From contig CASFLC010000082.1 in assembly GCA_949295475.1 (NCBI GenBank), positions 1 to 47,638 on the forward strand: a stretch of DNA of 47,638 nucleotides, given 5' to 3'. Shown here one piece after another: positions 27,472 to 36,261 of the stretch. Made by a program: the position numbers and the translations under genes. The stretch comes from an uncultured Pseudomonadota bacterium. GTDB taxonomy: Bacteria > Pseudomonadota > Alphaproteobacteria > RF32 > CAG-239. How positions within the stretch are numbered: position 1 is the stretch's first letter; the number at the start of each line of letters is the position of its first letter. The notes under the pieces were generated by a model that was not told the DNA's origin, ran no database searches, and saw only the letters and a program-made list of their open reading frames with translations.

Positions 27472-28029
27472 ATGTTAGAAAGAGAAACACTAAAAAATCT
27501 GATAACTGTTCTGGGTCGCCTCAAAGACCTTAAACGCAGCGGCTGGATAAAACGCAATGTAACCTTGCCCGAAAGCGACGCCGACCACATGTTTTCCACG
27601 GCATTTCTGACATTCATGCTGACGCCTGATACGCTCAATCGTGCACATTGCCTGGAATTAGCACTGACTCACGATCTGGCGGAAATTTACGCCGGAGATG
27701 CCGTTCCCGGAGAAAAATCAGCCGTTCAAAAACACCGGGAAGAGTGGAATGCAATCAAAAAAATTTCCCAAGAACTTGATAAAACAGAATTAATCGAGTT
27801 GTTTGAAGAGTTTGAAAACTGTTTAAGCCGCGAAGCCGCCTTTGTTCGCTGTCTGGACAAGGCAGACACGGTTTTCACGGCGGCATATTACGACAACAAT
27901 AATCGTTCCCCGGAAAAGTTATGGGCGGAATTTTCCGCGAACGCCATAAACAGCCTCAAAAAGATAAACTCGCCTTATGCAGAGGAAGTTGCAGAGCTTA
28001 TAAAAGAATCAGGACAAATTTACGGTTGA
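27472..28029 (+). CDS. HD-domain phosphohydrolase (YfbR-like 5'-nucleotidase family)
   Basis: RSGW...ESDADH...HDLAE...D metal-ligand pattern in a 185-aa protein. Confidence 0.8.
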   Translation: MLERETLKNLITVLGRLKDLKRSGWIKRNVTLPESDADHMFSTAFLTFMLTPDTLNRAHCLELALTHDLAEIYAGDAVPGEKSAVQKHREEWNAIKKISQELDKTELIELFEEFENCLSREAAFVRCLDKADTVFTAAYYDNNNRSPEKLWAEFSANAINSLKKINSPYAEEVAELIKESGQIYG

Positions 28030-28104
28030 AAAACAGCTCGTTCAAATTGCCGGAAAACATATAAAATGTTATAAAATTAAGGAATAACATCAGAGGAGAC
28101 GCCA

Positions 28105-28455
28105 ATGTCAAAATTCAATACTTATCTGTTTGTCATCGGAGCGGCTTTGGTCGCGATTGCGCTGGGATATATCATTCCGGTCACGGCAATCAAATCCGTC
28201 TGCGCATCATGTCTTAATTATGCGCAATATAACAGCATTGCCGTCACGGCAGCCGTATGCGCCTTTTTGTTTTACGGACGCAAAAATTATGTTCTGTTGA
28301 TTGTCGCGGCTGCTGTCGTTACAGCGCTTGTCACACAATATCTCATCGCCGGACACGGGGCGGGGCTTTTTACACTGGCCATGAGAACGCTGGCTTTTCT
28401 GGTTATCGTGTATCTAATGAACTTTATCAAAGAAATTTTCAACCGCATTTTCTGA
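28105..28455 (+). CDS. Small integral membrane protein, hypothetical
   Basis: 116 aa with about 4 hydrophobic helices. GAGGAG lies about 8 nt upstream of the ATG. Confidence 0.55.
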   Translation: MSKFNTYLFVIGAALVAIALGYIIPVTAIKSVCASCLNYAQYNSIAVTAAVCAFLFYGRKNYVLLIVAAAVVTALVTQYLIAGHGAGLFTLAMRTLAFLVIVYLMNFIKEIFNRIF

Positions 28456-28490
28456 TAAAAAGGCGCTTTAAAGAGCTCCGACGGAACGCA

Positions 28491-28521
28491 TAAAAAACGC
28501 GTATACAATAAGCATACGCGT
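28491..28521 (-). terminator. Minus-strand rho-independent terminator
   Basis: Perfect 8-bp stem ACGCGTAT/ATACGCGT. On the minus strand it is followed by TTTTTT, and it lies about 260 nt downstream of the DUF4236 stop. Confidence 0.5.
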
Positions 28522-28780
28522 CATGGAATTGTAGATACAAAAGCAAAAAAAAACACTTCGGACAATGTAAATCGTCCAAATTTCTGAGAACGGTCCACAA
28601 AAGGGGAACCCGTTGTTTTTACATGTTTTTCCCTCATGCTTTTGTCGCATAATGTTTATTATGGATAGCATACGAAAACCGGAAAACAAACCGCAAACAA
28701 ACATTCCGAACCATTACCGTCATTTTTGGCCTCTCAGAACGAGCAAAATATTTTTATGCGTAATTTTATCCGTCAGCGCG

Positions 28781-29044
28781 TTATAGATTGACCGTTATAA
28801 TTCCGCGGTTCAAAGCAAAATAAATGCCGTACCCAAGTCCGAAAACAATTATCAAAACCAACCATATTTTAAAAGACACGGTCTTGCGATAATACAAACC
28901 GTTTCTGCCGGCGTGCACATAATTACCTCGAGGGCCGCTGCCAAATCTCAGTCCTTTGCCTCCGACGGACACACCGATGCCGGATTTGGAAACATTTAAT
29001 CTGAACGGTCCGAAACTAAATCCTTTCTTTAAATAAAATCCCAT
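28781..29044 (-). CDS. DUF4236-domain protein with a C-terminal TM helix
   Basis: MGFYLKKGFSFGPFRLNVSKSGIGVSVGGKGLRFG matches my memory of the DUF4236 N-terminal signature. The start is probably the internal ATG; the track start is 29068. Confidence 0.7.
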   Translation of the reverse strand: MGFYLKKGFSFGPFRLNVSKSGIGVSVGGKGLRFGSGPRGNYVHAGRNGLYYRKTVSFKIWLVLIIVFGLGYGIYFALNRGIITVNL

Positions 29045-29071
29045 ATCAATCCTCATATACGGCATCAAATA

Positions 29072-30013
29072 TCAAACAAGTTCTTTTCGAAATTCTTTTT
29101 TTAACACTTTATTCAACAATTTGCTGGTATGGCCGCTGTCAGGAACAATCACGAGCCTGGAGTGCGGCAACCCTTTGTGAACCAGATACGCGCCGCGCGG
29201 CGGACAAACGAAATCGAGTCTGTTATGAACGATAATGGTCGGAATTCCGGAAATTTTATGCAAATTATCAAGAATTTCACCATCTTTCAGCATAAAATTT
29301 TGGGCCGCATAATTAATATAAACCTTCTGTGAAGCCAATTCTTCTTCACTTAAAGCAGCCAGCGTGTTCCACCGTGGCGACAAAGAACTGCGCACCCTCT
29401 CCCACCAGCCATAAGTGTTGGCGGCCGTAAGCTGCTGCGCCGTATCGTCCGAATTAATCAGATCGGCATAATAGCCGGCCAATCCGTTCCCGCGTTTAGC
29501 CACCCGCCTCATCTCCTCTAAAAATTCAGGATAGAACAACCCGGCGCCGTCATCTTCCCAGGACAATGCCGCGCCGTCAGCCAAAAAAATCTGAGATAAC
29601 AAAAGTTTGTCAACACGATTTGGATATTTCTCCGCATACAGCAAAGCCAGCGTTGCCCCCCATGAACCGCCGCGCAATATAATATTTTCATTTATTTTCA
29701 AATAATTAAGCAAACGGTTAATATCGTTTAGCAGTGCCTGTGTCGTGTTGTTTTTCATTTCGCCCAACGGCTGTGACCGCTTGCAGCCCCGCTGATCAAA
29801 CATAATAACCCGATAACGCCGCAAATCGGCAAAAGAGGCGTGTTTTGGCTTACAGCTGCCTCCGGGGCCGCCATGCAAAACCACAATCGGCTTTCCTTTC
29901 GGATTTCCGAATTCCATAAAAAACACCTTATGGCCCTCGTCTTCTGGCAAATAACCCTGATTAAAAGGCCTGGGTTCAAACAGTTTGCTCAACCACATAT
30001 TCCCGCTCCTCAA
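29072..30013 (-). CDS. pip: Proline iminopeptidase (alpha/beta hydrolase, S33)
   Basis: HGGPGG oxyanion segment, GGSWG nucleophile elbow, and a C-terminal SGH catalytic His region. Confidence 0.85.
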   Translation of the reverse strand: MRSGNMWLSKLFEPRPFNQGYLPEDEGHKVFFMEFGNPKGKPIVVLHGGPGGSCKPKHASFADLRRYRVIMFDQRGCKRSQPLGEMKNNTTQALLNDINRLLNYLKINENIILRGGSWGATLALLYAEKYPNRVDKLLLSQIFLADGAALSWEDDGAGLFYPEFLEEMRRVAKRGNGLAGYYADLINSDDTAQQLTAANTYGWWERVRSSLSPRWNTLAALSEEELASQKVYINYAAQNFMLKDGEILDNLHKISGIPTIIVHNRLDFVCPPRGAYLVHKGLPHSRLVIVPDSGHTSKLLNKVLKKEFRKELV

Positions 30014-30083
30014 ATTAAAGTTTGCAATTCTCCCGCTTTTATTTTATACATAAATCAGCTTCAGGCAAACAGACAGGAACAAT

Positions 30084-30746
30084 ATGTGTATAAATATCGG
30101 ATATGCTTCGGAAATTTATGAAATTGATCCGCGGGACATTGCCGTCCTGCCGGACTGTGCGCCGGAATTGTCCGCCCGCGTCAAACATCCCGAAGCCGTT
30201 ACCGTCCTTTTGGGAAACCGCGACCGAAACCGGCCTGATACGCTGGTTTGCGGCCGGGAGCTGGTTGAACGGGCACTAAGCGACGGAACGGCATACATTC
30301 CCGTTCGTTTCTGCTTTATCAGCAATATTCCGGCCTGGAACCTGATACCGCTTTTTATAAAAAAATTTCGCTACAAATATAAATATTTTAACACCAATAT
30401 TTATCACCTCAGCGCCAAAAGACTGCGGCAGCAGGGATTGGAACGCGGCGTCCGCACGGCTGAAAACGCCTACGCCATCACCAACAAACGGTGGGCCATT
30501 CCCGAAGAAGAACGCCGAAAAAAATATCAAAATCTGGTTAATTCCATGAAAAACGGTTTTGATGACAACTATCCTCTGTCAATCATGCTCTGCCGGCGTG
30601 CCGGCCTCAAAGACAGCTTGGATAACGGCCATCACCGCATGGGCATCTGCCTGGATTTAGGCATCGACCGCATTTGTGTAAACTTTATTGCCGCGGGCAA
30701 AGCCCCAAGCATTTTAACAAGCATTTACAAAATATTGAAGAAGTAA
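30084..30746 (+). CDS. Hypothetical protein with a ParB/sulfiredoxin-like domain (DNGHHR motif)
   Basis: 220-aa ORF. The C-terminal part YQNLVNSMKNGFDDNYPLSIML...LDNGHHRMGICLDLGIDRICV resembles the ParB/Srx fold. The N-terminal lobe looks like a degenerate copy. Confidence 0.5.
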   Translation: MCINIGYASEIYEIDPRDIAVLPDCAPELSARVKHPEAVTVLLGNRDRNRPDTLVCGRELVERALSDGTAYIPVRFCFISNIPAWNLIPLFIKKFRYKYKYFNTNIYHLSAKRLRQQGLERGVRTAENAYAITNKRWAIPEEERRKKYQNLVNSMKNGFDDNYPLSIMLCRRAGLKDSLDNGHHRMGICLDLGIDRICVNFIAAGKAPSILTSIYKILKK

Positions 30747-30747
30747 A

Positions 30748-31695
30748 TTAATCTTTTAAATCAATATAAGCCATCGGAGACTTTTCAGCCTTAACGGTAA
30801 TCCGCGGAAGCTGATAATCATCGTCGGACAAATAACAGCACGTCTCCCTGACGGCAACGCCGGATTTATAAAAACGCCGCACCAAACCGTCAACTCGAGG
30901 ACAATAACTGCCGTAAGCATAGCTGAAATGCTCCACCGCCTGCCCCAAAATACCTTCCAAAACCCGCTTGCTCTCGGCAAACTCCTTTTTCAGGTTTGAC
31001 TTCAACCGGATTTTATACAGCGGATAATGCGATTTGCCGTGAGATCCGATAGTGCACAGCGGCGACGTGTTCATCTCCCGGAGTTCCTCCGGAGAACAGA
31101 CATATTTCTTAAAATACGCGTCAAACGGCAGACTGTCGTCACGCAGATACTTTGACAGCAAATGTCTGCCGGACACCCAGGGCAAAAAGAGTTTAGTTCG
31201 TTTGTACCTTTTCCACAAATCGTTAAAACAAAGAGATTTTTCCGCCTCGTCCCGCGCGGGATACTTCTTGCCGCCGAAAGCCAGATTCTGATGATGATAA
31301 ATATAATCCATCGCCAGCTGGCCTCCGTCGATTTCCGGACGGCGACAGCGGTCAAAACCATACAAAATAAAATCCGAAGCGACATAAAAGACAAACGGAA
31401 CCTTATGTTTTTCAAAAACCGGCCAGGCATATTGATAAATATCCCGATAACCGTCGTCAATCGTAACCACGATATCTTTGGCAAAAGCTTTCCCGGCCTG
31501 TTTGTTGGACAGAAATTCATCAATGGAAACAAAGCGAAATCCGGCAGCCTTGGCTTCCAGAATACAACGCTCCAGATATTCGGGAGTAATCCGTGTTGAT
31601 TTGTCAAAACGCTGAAACTCAATTTCCGGACGATTTGGAGCCACCCGGTGCAGCATCCATAATTTTCCGCAGCAATTTTCGATTTGTTTTTCCAT
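30748..31695 (-). CDS. Polysaccharide deacetylase (NodB homology, CE4) family protein
   Basis: VVTIDDGYRDIY motif 1 and a GSHGKSH-type His motif; 315 aa. Confidence 0.8.
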   Translation of the reverse strand: MEKQIENCCGKLWMLHRVAPNRPEIEFQRFDKSTRITPEYLERCILEAKAAGFRFVSIDEFLSNKQAGKAFAKDIVVTIDDGYRDIYQYAWPVFEKHKVPFVFYVASDFILYGFDRCRRPEIDGGQLAMDYIYHHQNLAFGGKKYPARDEAEKSLCFNDLWKRYKRTKLFLPWVSGRHLLSKYLRDDSLPFDAYFKKYVCSPEELREMNTSPLCTIGSHGKSHYPLYKIRLKSNLKKEFAESKRVLEGILGQAVEHFSYAYGSYCPRVDGLVRRFYKSGVAVRETCCYLSDDDYQLPRITVKAEKSPMAYIDLKD

Positions 31696-31777
31696 TATTT
31701 GTCAACCTGTACTATACAAAGATAGAAACAAGTCTAACACTTTGGAAAGAAATGTAAATCAGAAACGCACCGGCGGT

Positions 31778-32662
31778 TCACAACTTGTTATGTATTTTCT
31801 GCGGCAGAATAACATGCTTGTAATAATAAGCGCAGGCGTCCGTAATCTGTATAATCCGCCGCACTTCCGTATCTTTGGGCTTCAAGATTTCATAAAAAGC
31901 AATAAATTCTGGTCGTTTTCTCAACTCAAAATACTTGTCGACGTCAACGCCCATGTTCTGATTGCCGATATTGTGCCTACTGTCGGCCGCCATAAACCAC
32001 GCCGGAAAATCAAGCAAATGATTCGGACCAACCAAATACTCAAAAGGCGCGGAAGAATACATGCTGATGTGCAGGCCGTGAGCCGGACGAAACGTCACTT
32101 CCGGCCCGGGCATTTTCAACCCTTTGCGCTGAATAATTTGGTAAAGCAGATCTTCGTCGTTGCATTTGCCGAGATTGATTCCCCGCAAAGACGGCAGCGG
32201 ATACATTTTGTCATAAGCGATAAAATGCAGACCGGTCAACCGCTTGCGCCCTTGTCTGACCACGTTGCTGAAATCGAGACGATGTTTTTCAATGTTGTCC
32301 AGATGTTGAGAAGCGACTTCTTCCGTAATCAGGATATCCGCATCGCCGATATAAACGTAATCCGCCTTCAGTTTCGGCTGAGTAACAAACCGCACGCTGT
32401 TGGGCACGATTTTTTGTTTGCCGTGCCAAGTCAGCCGTTCAAAAGCCGCCGGCCTGAAAAGCACCCTTCCCGGAAAATATTTATCATAAAAATCAAAAAC
32501 ATGCCGGTATTTGCGATGAAAGCGGCGATAATTTTCCACACCTATTTCCACTTTGCTGCCGGGATTCGTCATCAGCACAAACAACGGATAAATCATTCCG
32601 AAACCCCAGAACTTTGTGTTGACGCAGGTATAAAACAAAACGCTTTTTTGCTTGTCAGACAT
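31778..32662 (-). CDS. Unclassified putative glycan-modifying enzyme, paralog A (GDAD acidic motif)
   Basis: 294-aa ORF, paralogous along its length to 35306-36175. Its central 120 aa are almost identical to that gene. I do not recognise the family. Confidence 0.7.
   Translation of the reverse strand: MSDKQKSVLFYTCVNTKFWGFGMIYPLFVLMTNPGSKVEIGVENYRRFHRKYRHVFDFYDKYFPGRVLFRPAAFERLTWHGKQKIVPNSVRFVTQPKLKADYVYIGDADILITEEVASQHLDNIEKHRLDFSNVVRQGRKRLTGLHFIAYDKMYPLPSLRGINLGKCNDEDLLYQIIQRKGLKMPGPEVTFRPAHGLHISMYSSAPFEYLVGPNHLLDFPAWFMAADSRHNIGNQNMGVDVDKYFELRKRPEFIAFYEILKPKDTEVRRIIQITDACAYYYKHVILPQKIHNKL
32055..32414 (-). repeat. Left arm of the ~360-nt near-identical inverted repeat, inside paralog A
   Basis: The reverse complement matches 35553-35911, with uninterrupted identical runs of about 74, 47 and 64 nt as counted by eye. 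Confidence 0.8.
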
Positions 32663-33458
32663 TTCTATTCAGCCATTTTTTCAAATAAAATTTTACAACC
32701 AACGGAAACAGCTTAAAATTGCGGGCAATTGCATTCAGTGAAAAATGCGCCTGAAACAATTCGCCATACGCATCGTCCTTAAACGCCTCGCATTTCCTAT
32801 ACCTTTTTCCGTACTGATTCGGCGGCCGATGTCCTCTGATGCCCTTTTGAACCGCAACGACGGAAAAAACCGCCTGATCGTGGCGATGATCCACAAAATA
32901 AGGATAATTCGGTTTTCCCTGAGTATTGTCCATGTCCGTCAGGATTCGCTCATCCTCGCAAAACTTCAGCCATTCTTCAAGAAAACCGACGGCCTCCGGC
33001 GTTTTTTGCCACACCGACATCATTGCCGCAAAATCAAAAGACTTATATATCTCCGGTTTGTCGGCATTCATTAAAACCAAGGCATCTCTTTTGCACCAAC
33101 ATTCAATGGTTTGCGGCAAATTTCGAAACAGCAAAATCCCCTTCTCCCTGGCGCAGAGATCATACAAAACGTCAAAATTCTGCCGGGCCAGCATCTTGGA
33201 GTCGCTGTAAATCAGAAAATCGCCTTTTTTAAGTTTTTTTAGCTCTTCCAAAATAATATAAGGTTTCCACAGCCAGTAACCGGCACCGCGCTGTTGCGTC
33301 AGTATTTTCCGATTCGCTTTAAAAAACGGAGTCTTTCGGAGTTTGTCATCATTCCAGAAAATAACTTTGTCAACACTTCCGGTCGCCAGAGCCGATGTTG
33401 CCAGAATATTCATGGAAACCTCATACCCATGGTTCCCGAATGTCAGCAAATACCTCAT
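32655..33458 (-). CDS. Putative glycosyltransferase, family not recognised
   Basis: 267-aa ORF with RGAGYWLWKPYII and YSDS segments. Its stop overlaps the start of paralog A by 8 nt. Confidence 0.6.
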   Translation of the reverse strand: MRYLLTFGNHGYEVSMNILATSALATGSVDKVIFWNDDKLRKTPFFKANRKILTQQRGAGYWLWKPYIILEELKKLKKGDFLIYSDSKMLARQNFDVLYDLCAREKGILLFRNLPQTIECWCKRDALVLMNADKPEIYKSFDFAAMMSVWQKTPEAVGFLEEWLKFCEDERILTDMDNTQGKPNYPYFVDHRHDQAVFSVVAVQKGIRGHRPPNQYGKRYRKCEAFKDDAYGELFQAHFSLNAIARNFKLFPLVVKFYLKKWLNRNV

Positions 33459-33569
33459 TTATTCCTCTAAAAATAAGATTTAGCTCTCGGTGAGATACTA
33501 CCTTAAGATGTGAAATTTGACAACAAGTTTTTGGCCCTTGTGGACAAAGCGTAACGTAAATTTTATTTG

Positions 33570-34250
33570 CTAAAGAGACTGATTTCTGAAATAAGCGATG
33601 CCGTCGTCATCTTCCCAGCGAATGCCTTTTTTCAGGACCTTTGCCGGATTTCCCCCGATTGCCGTAAATTTTTCATCAAAAGCTTTGGTAACGACCGCTT
33701 TTTTTCCGACAATGGTTTCATCGGCCAGCCGGACACTTTTCAAAATGCTCACCCCCTGCCCCAGCCAGCAATGATTACCGATTTTGATATTTTTCGGAAA
33801 ATTGGTGATTTTTCCGCTTTCAAGGTCAAAAATCGGATGCCCGTCGGAATTATGGATTTCCACATCTTCGGAAAACAGGCATCGGTCGCCGATTTCTATT
33901 GACGTATGCGAATTTAAAACGCTGGCCTTCAGGTTACGCAACCCGCACCCCGAACCGCAGACAAAAGCGCTGTCAACGGCCGGCTCCGGGTGTTTCAAAA
34001 CGCCGATTCTCAAATTAACGTCCGTCAAAGATGAACCGGCGCCGATTTCCACTTTGCAACCTTCTCCGTGCATCTTCACCACAAACTTTTTACCGATTTT
34101 GACACCCTTGCCGAGCACAACTTGATTATTGTTGCCGCGGATTTTAATCCTGATTTTGCCGAAACCGATACGTCCGGGTAGCAAAATCTGATTGTTGCGT
34201 CCTTTAACCGAAATAAAAAACAACCTGTTCAACCAGTCGAAAAACATCAA
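33570..34250 (-). CDS. Left-handed beta-helix (hexapeptide-repeat) O-acetyltransferase
   Basis: Repeated [LIV]-G-x4 hexapeptides and a C-terminal IGNHCWLGQGVSIL...IGGNPAKV. The probable ATG at about 34247 has AAGGAG upstream. Confidence 0.85.
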   Translation of the reverse strand: MMFFDWLNRLFFISVKGRNNQILLPGRIGFGKIRIKIRGNNNQVVLGKGVKIGKKFVVKMHGEGCKVEIGAGSSLTDVNLRIGVLKHPEPAVDSAFVCGSGCGLRNLKASVLNSHTSIEIGDRCLFSEDVEIHNSDGHPIFDLESGKITNFPKNIKIGNHCWLGQGVSILKSVRLADETIVGKKAVVTKAFDEKFTAIGGNPAKVLKKGIRWEDDDGIAYFRNQSL

Positions 34251-34350
34251 TTTAACTCCTTTCCCGAACCAAATGTTATATCAGTCCTGACAGATAAACA
34301 ATCATATTTTTCAAGTGATTGACAAAGCAGTTAATAAACACAATTAAACA

Positions 34351-34379
34351 TTGATAAAGCATCTGCGGCCGTCTATATT
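34351..34379 (+). promoter_or_regulatory. Candidate sigma70 promoter of the rightward glycan operon
   Basis: TTGATA, a 17-nt spacer, then TATATT. The TTG used as the ORF-track start at 34351 is the -35 box. Confidence 0.4.
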
Positions 34380-34410
34380 CAAAATGTCATCACATACGGA
34401 GTTTTCAACA

Positions 34411-35304
34411 ATGCAGCCAAACAGCGGACAACGAAATTTTTATTACTATTTTATGCAGGGTTTAAGCCGGATAACGCCGTCCAGATATTGGCGCAAAGAA
34501 TTCCATTATCTGTCATATCTCGGCTCTTTTGCCAACCTGCTTCAAAACGTCTCAATCCGCCGCAATTACAAAAAAATAATCAAAGACTACCGCGCCCAAA
34601 AAGCCGGACGGCAAGCCTCTCTGGTCGTTTACTCCTGTATTACGGGCGGTTATGACCTGCCTATTAAACTAAAATACCTGAATCCCGAATATGATTACGT
34701 CATGTTTGTAGAAAATCCCGAAGACTTTAATCCGGAAGATTATCCTTGGGAATTCCGCAAGCTTCCTTACACTGCCGCAGACAACGTTCGCAACGCCCGC
34801 TATTCCAAAATTATGTATTATGAAGCCCTTCCGGGCTATAAGGAATATTTGTGGATTGACAGCAACATTGACGTTCTCAGCAGCCTGTTGTACGAAGATG
34901 TCGAAAAATTGCGCAAATCAGGCGCGGAATTTGCAATTTCACGACACCCTCACCGCGATTGCATTTACGAAGAAGCCGAAATTTGCATCAAAATGCAGAA
35001 AGACAAACCGGACATCATCAAAGAACAGTGCCGTTTTTTGAAAGAAGAAGGCTATCCCGAACATTTCGGCCTTTTTGAAAACAACGTTATCTATCGCAAA
35101 GACACGCCGAACAACCGCAAAGTCTCGCAAACCTGGTGGGAAATGCTCAATCGTTTCTCCCGCCGCGACCAGTTGAGTCTTATGTATGCCGTCTGGAAAA
35201 ACAAAACACCCAAACCGCTGCCCATGAACCGGTGCAGCTATCGCAACCTTATCGGCGATACGCTGGTTCGCAAACATTTCCAAAAACGTGTAAAGGCCTT
35301 CTAA
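34411..35304 (+). CDS. DUF616-family putative glycosyltransferase
   Basis: VVYSCITGGYD and RDQLSLMYAVWK match DUF616 hallmarks. The ATG at 34411 has GGAG about 9 nt upstream. The track start at 34351 and the ATG at 34384 fall in or next to the promoter. Confidence 0.75.
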   Translation: MQPNSGQRNFYYYFMQGLSRITPSRYWRKEFHYLSYLGSFANLLQNVSIRRNYKKIIKDYRAQKAGRQASLVVYSCITGGYDLPIKLKYLNPEYDYVMFVENPEDFNPEDYPWEFRKLPYTAADNVRNARYSKIMYYEALPGYKEYLWIDSNIDVLSSLLYEDVEKLRKSGAEFAISRHPHRDCIYEEAEICIKMQKDKPDIIKEQCRFLKEEGYPEHFGLFENNVIYRKDTPNNRKVSQTWWEMLNRFSRRDQLSLMYAVWKNKTPKPLPMNRCSYRNLIGDTLVRKHFQKRVKAF

Positions 35305-35305
35305 G

Positions 35306-36175
35306 ATGACTGCTTCACCCTCAATTCTCTTTTATACCTGCGTCAACGAAAAATTTTGGGCCTTCGGATTGTTGTACCCGATTTTTGTGTTAAACAGCAA
35401 TCCCGGCGCCAAGGTAGAAATAGGCGTGGAAAATCACTTGCGTTTCACGCACAAATTCAAGCACATCATTTCGTTTTATGAAAAGGAATATCCCGGCCGC
35501 GTCCGCTTTTCCGCGGTTTCGTTTACTCAAAGAAAATTGTTCGGCAGCCGGAAAATCGTGCCCAACAGCGTGCGGTTTGTTACTCAGCCGAAACTGAAGG
35601 CGGATTACGTTTATATCGGCGATGCCGATGTTCTGATTACGGAAGAGGTCGCGCCGCAGCATCTGGACAACATCAAAAAACATCGCCTCGATTTCAGCAA
35701 CGTGGTCAGACAAGGGCGCAAGCGGTTGACCGGCCTGCATTTTATTGCTTATGACAAAATGTATCCGCTGCCGTCTTTGCACGGCATCGATTTAAGCAAA
35801 TGCAACGACGAAGATCTGCTTTACCAAATTATTCAGCGCAAAGGGTTGAAAATGCCCGGACCGGAAGCCACGTTCCGCCCCATTCACGGTCTGCACATCA
35901 GCATGTATTCCTCAACACCCTTCGAAACAATGACGACCAAAGACAAAATTGTTGACTTTCCCTGCTGGTTTCCGTCTTTGCAAAGCAACCACAATATCAG
36001 CCGCGTCGACTGCGTCAAGGAAATCAACAAATACTATCAAATCCGCTATTCGGAACCGGTCAAAAAATTCTTTTCCGTTCTTAAACCCAAAAACACAGAA
36101 ATCCGCCGGATTATTCAGATTACGGATGCTTGCGCCTACTATTATCTCAATGTCGTTTCGCAGCCGGCCGGATAG
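35306..36175 (+). CDS. Unclassified putative glycan-modifying enzyme, paralog B
   Basis: 289-aa ORF, paralogous to 31778-32662. It starts 2 nt after the DUF616 stop. Confidence 0.7.
   Translation: MTASPSILFYTCVNEKFWAFGLLYPIFVLNSNPGAKVEIGVENHLRFTHKFKHIISFYEKEYPGRVRFSAVSFTQRKLFGSRKIVPNSVRFVTQPKLKADYVYIGDADVLITEEVAPQHLDNIKKHRLDFSNVVRQGRKRLTGLHFIAYDKMYPLPSLHGIDLSKCNDEDLLYQIIQRKGLKMPGPEATFRPIHGLHISMYSSTPFETMTTKDKIVDFPCWFPSLQSNHNISRVDCVKEINKYYQIRYSEPVKKFFSVLKPKNTEIRRIIQITDACAYYYLNVVSQPAG
35553..35911 (+). repeat. Right arm of the ~360-nt inverted repeat, inside paralog B
   Basis: See the left arm. The gene ends outside the arm have clearly diverged at the DNA level. Confidence 0.8.
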
Positions 36176-36261
36176 TTTTTAACCGACGGATTATTAACGT
36201 TTTACTTTTTGTCAATCTATGCTAAACTGATTTCAACAATCACAAGCCATAAGAGTGACAA

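Noticed and set aside
28468-28704. 78-aa minus-strand ORF in the long convergent spacer
   Set aside because: The product (MFVCGLFSGFRMLSIINIM...) is rich in Cys, Phe and Ile with no SD site. The region is better explained as non-coding RNA or a UTR.
31742-32716. 324-aa plus-strand ORF
   Set aside because: It lies exactly antisense to paralog A (31778-32662). Its product is Arg/Phe/Ile-rich with no domain pattern, whereas the minus-strand frame has a clear paralog at 35306-36175.
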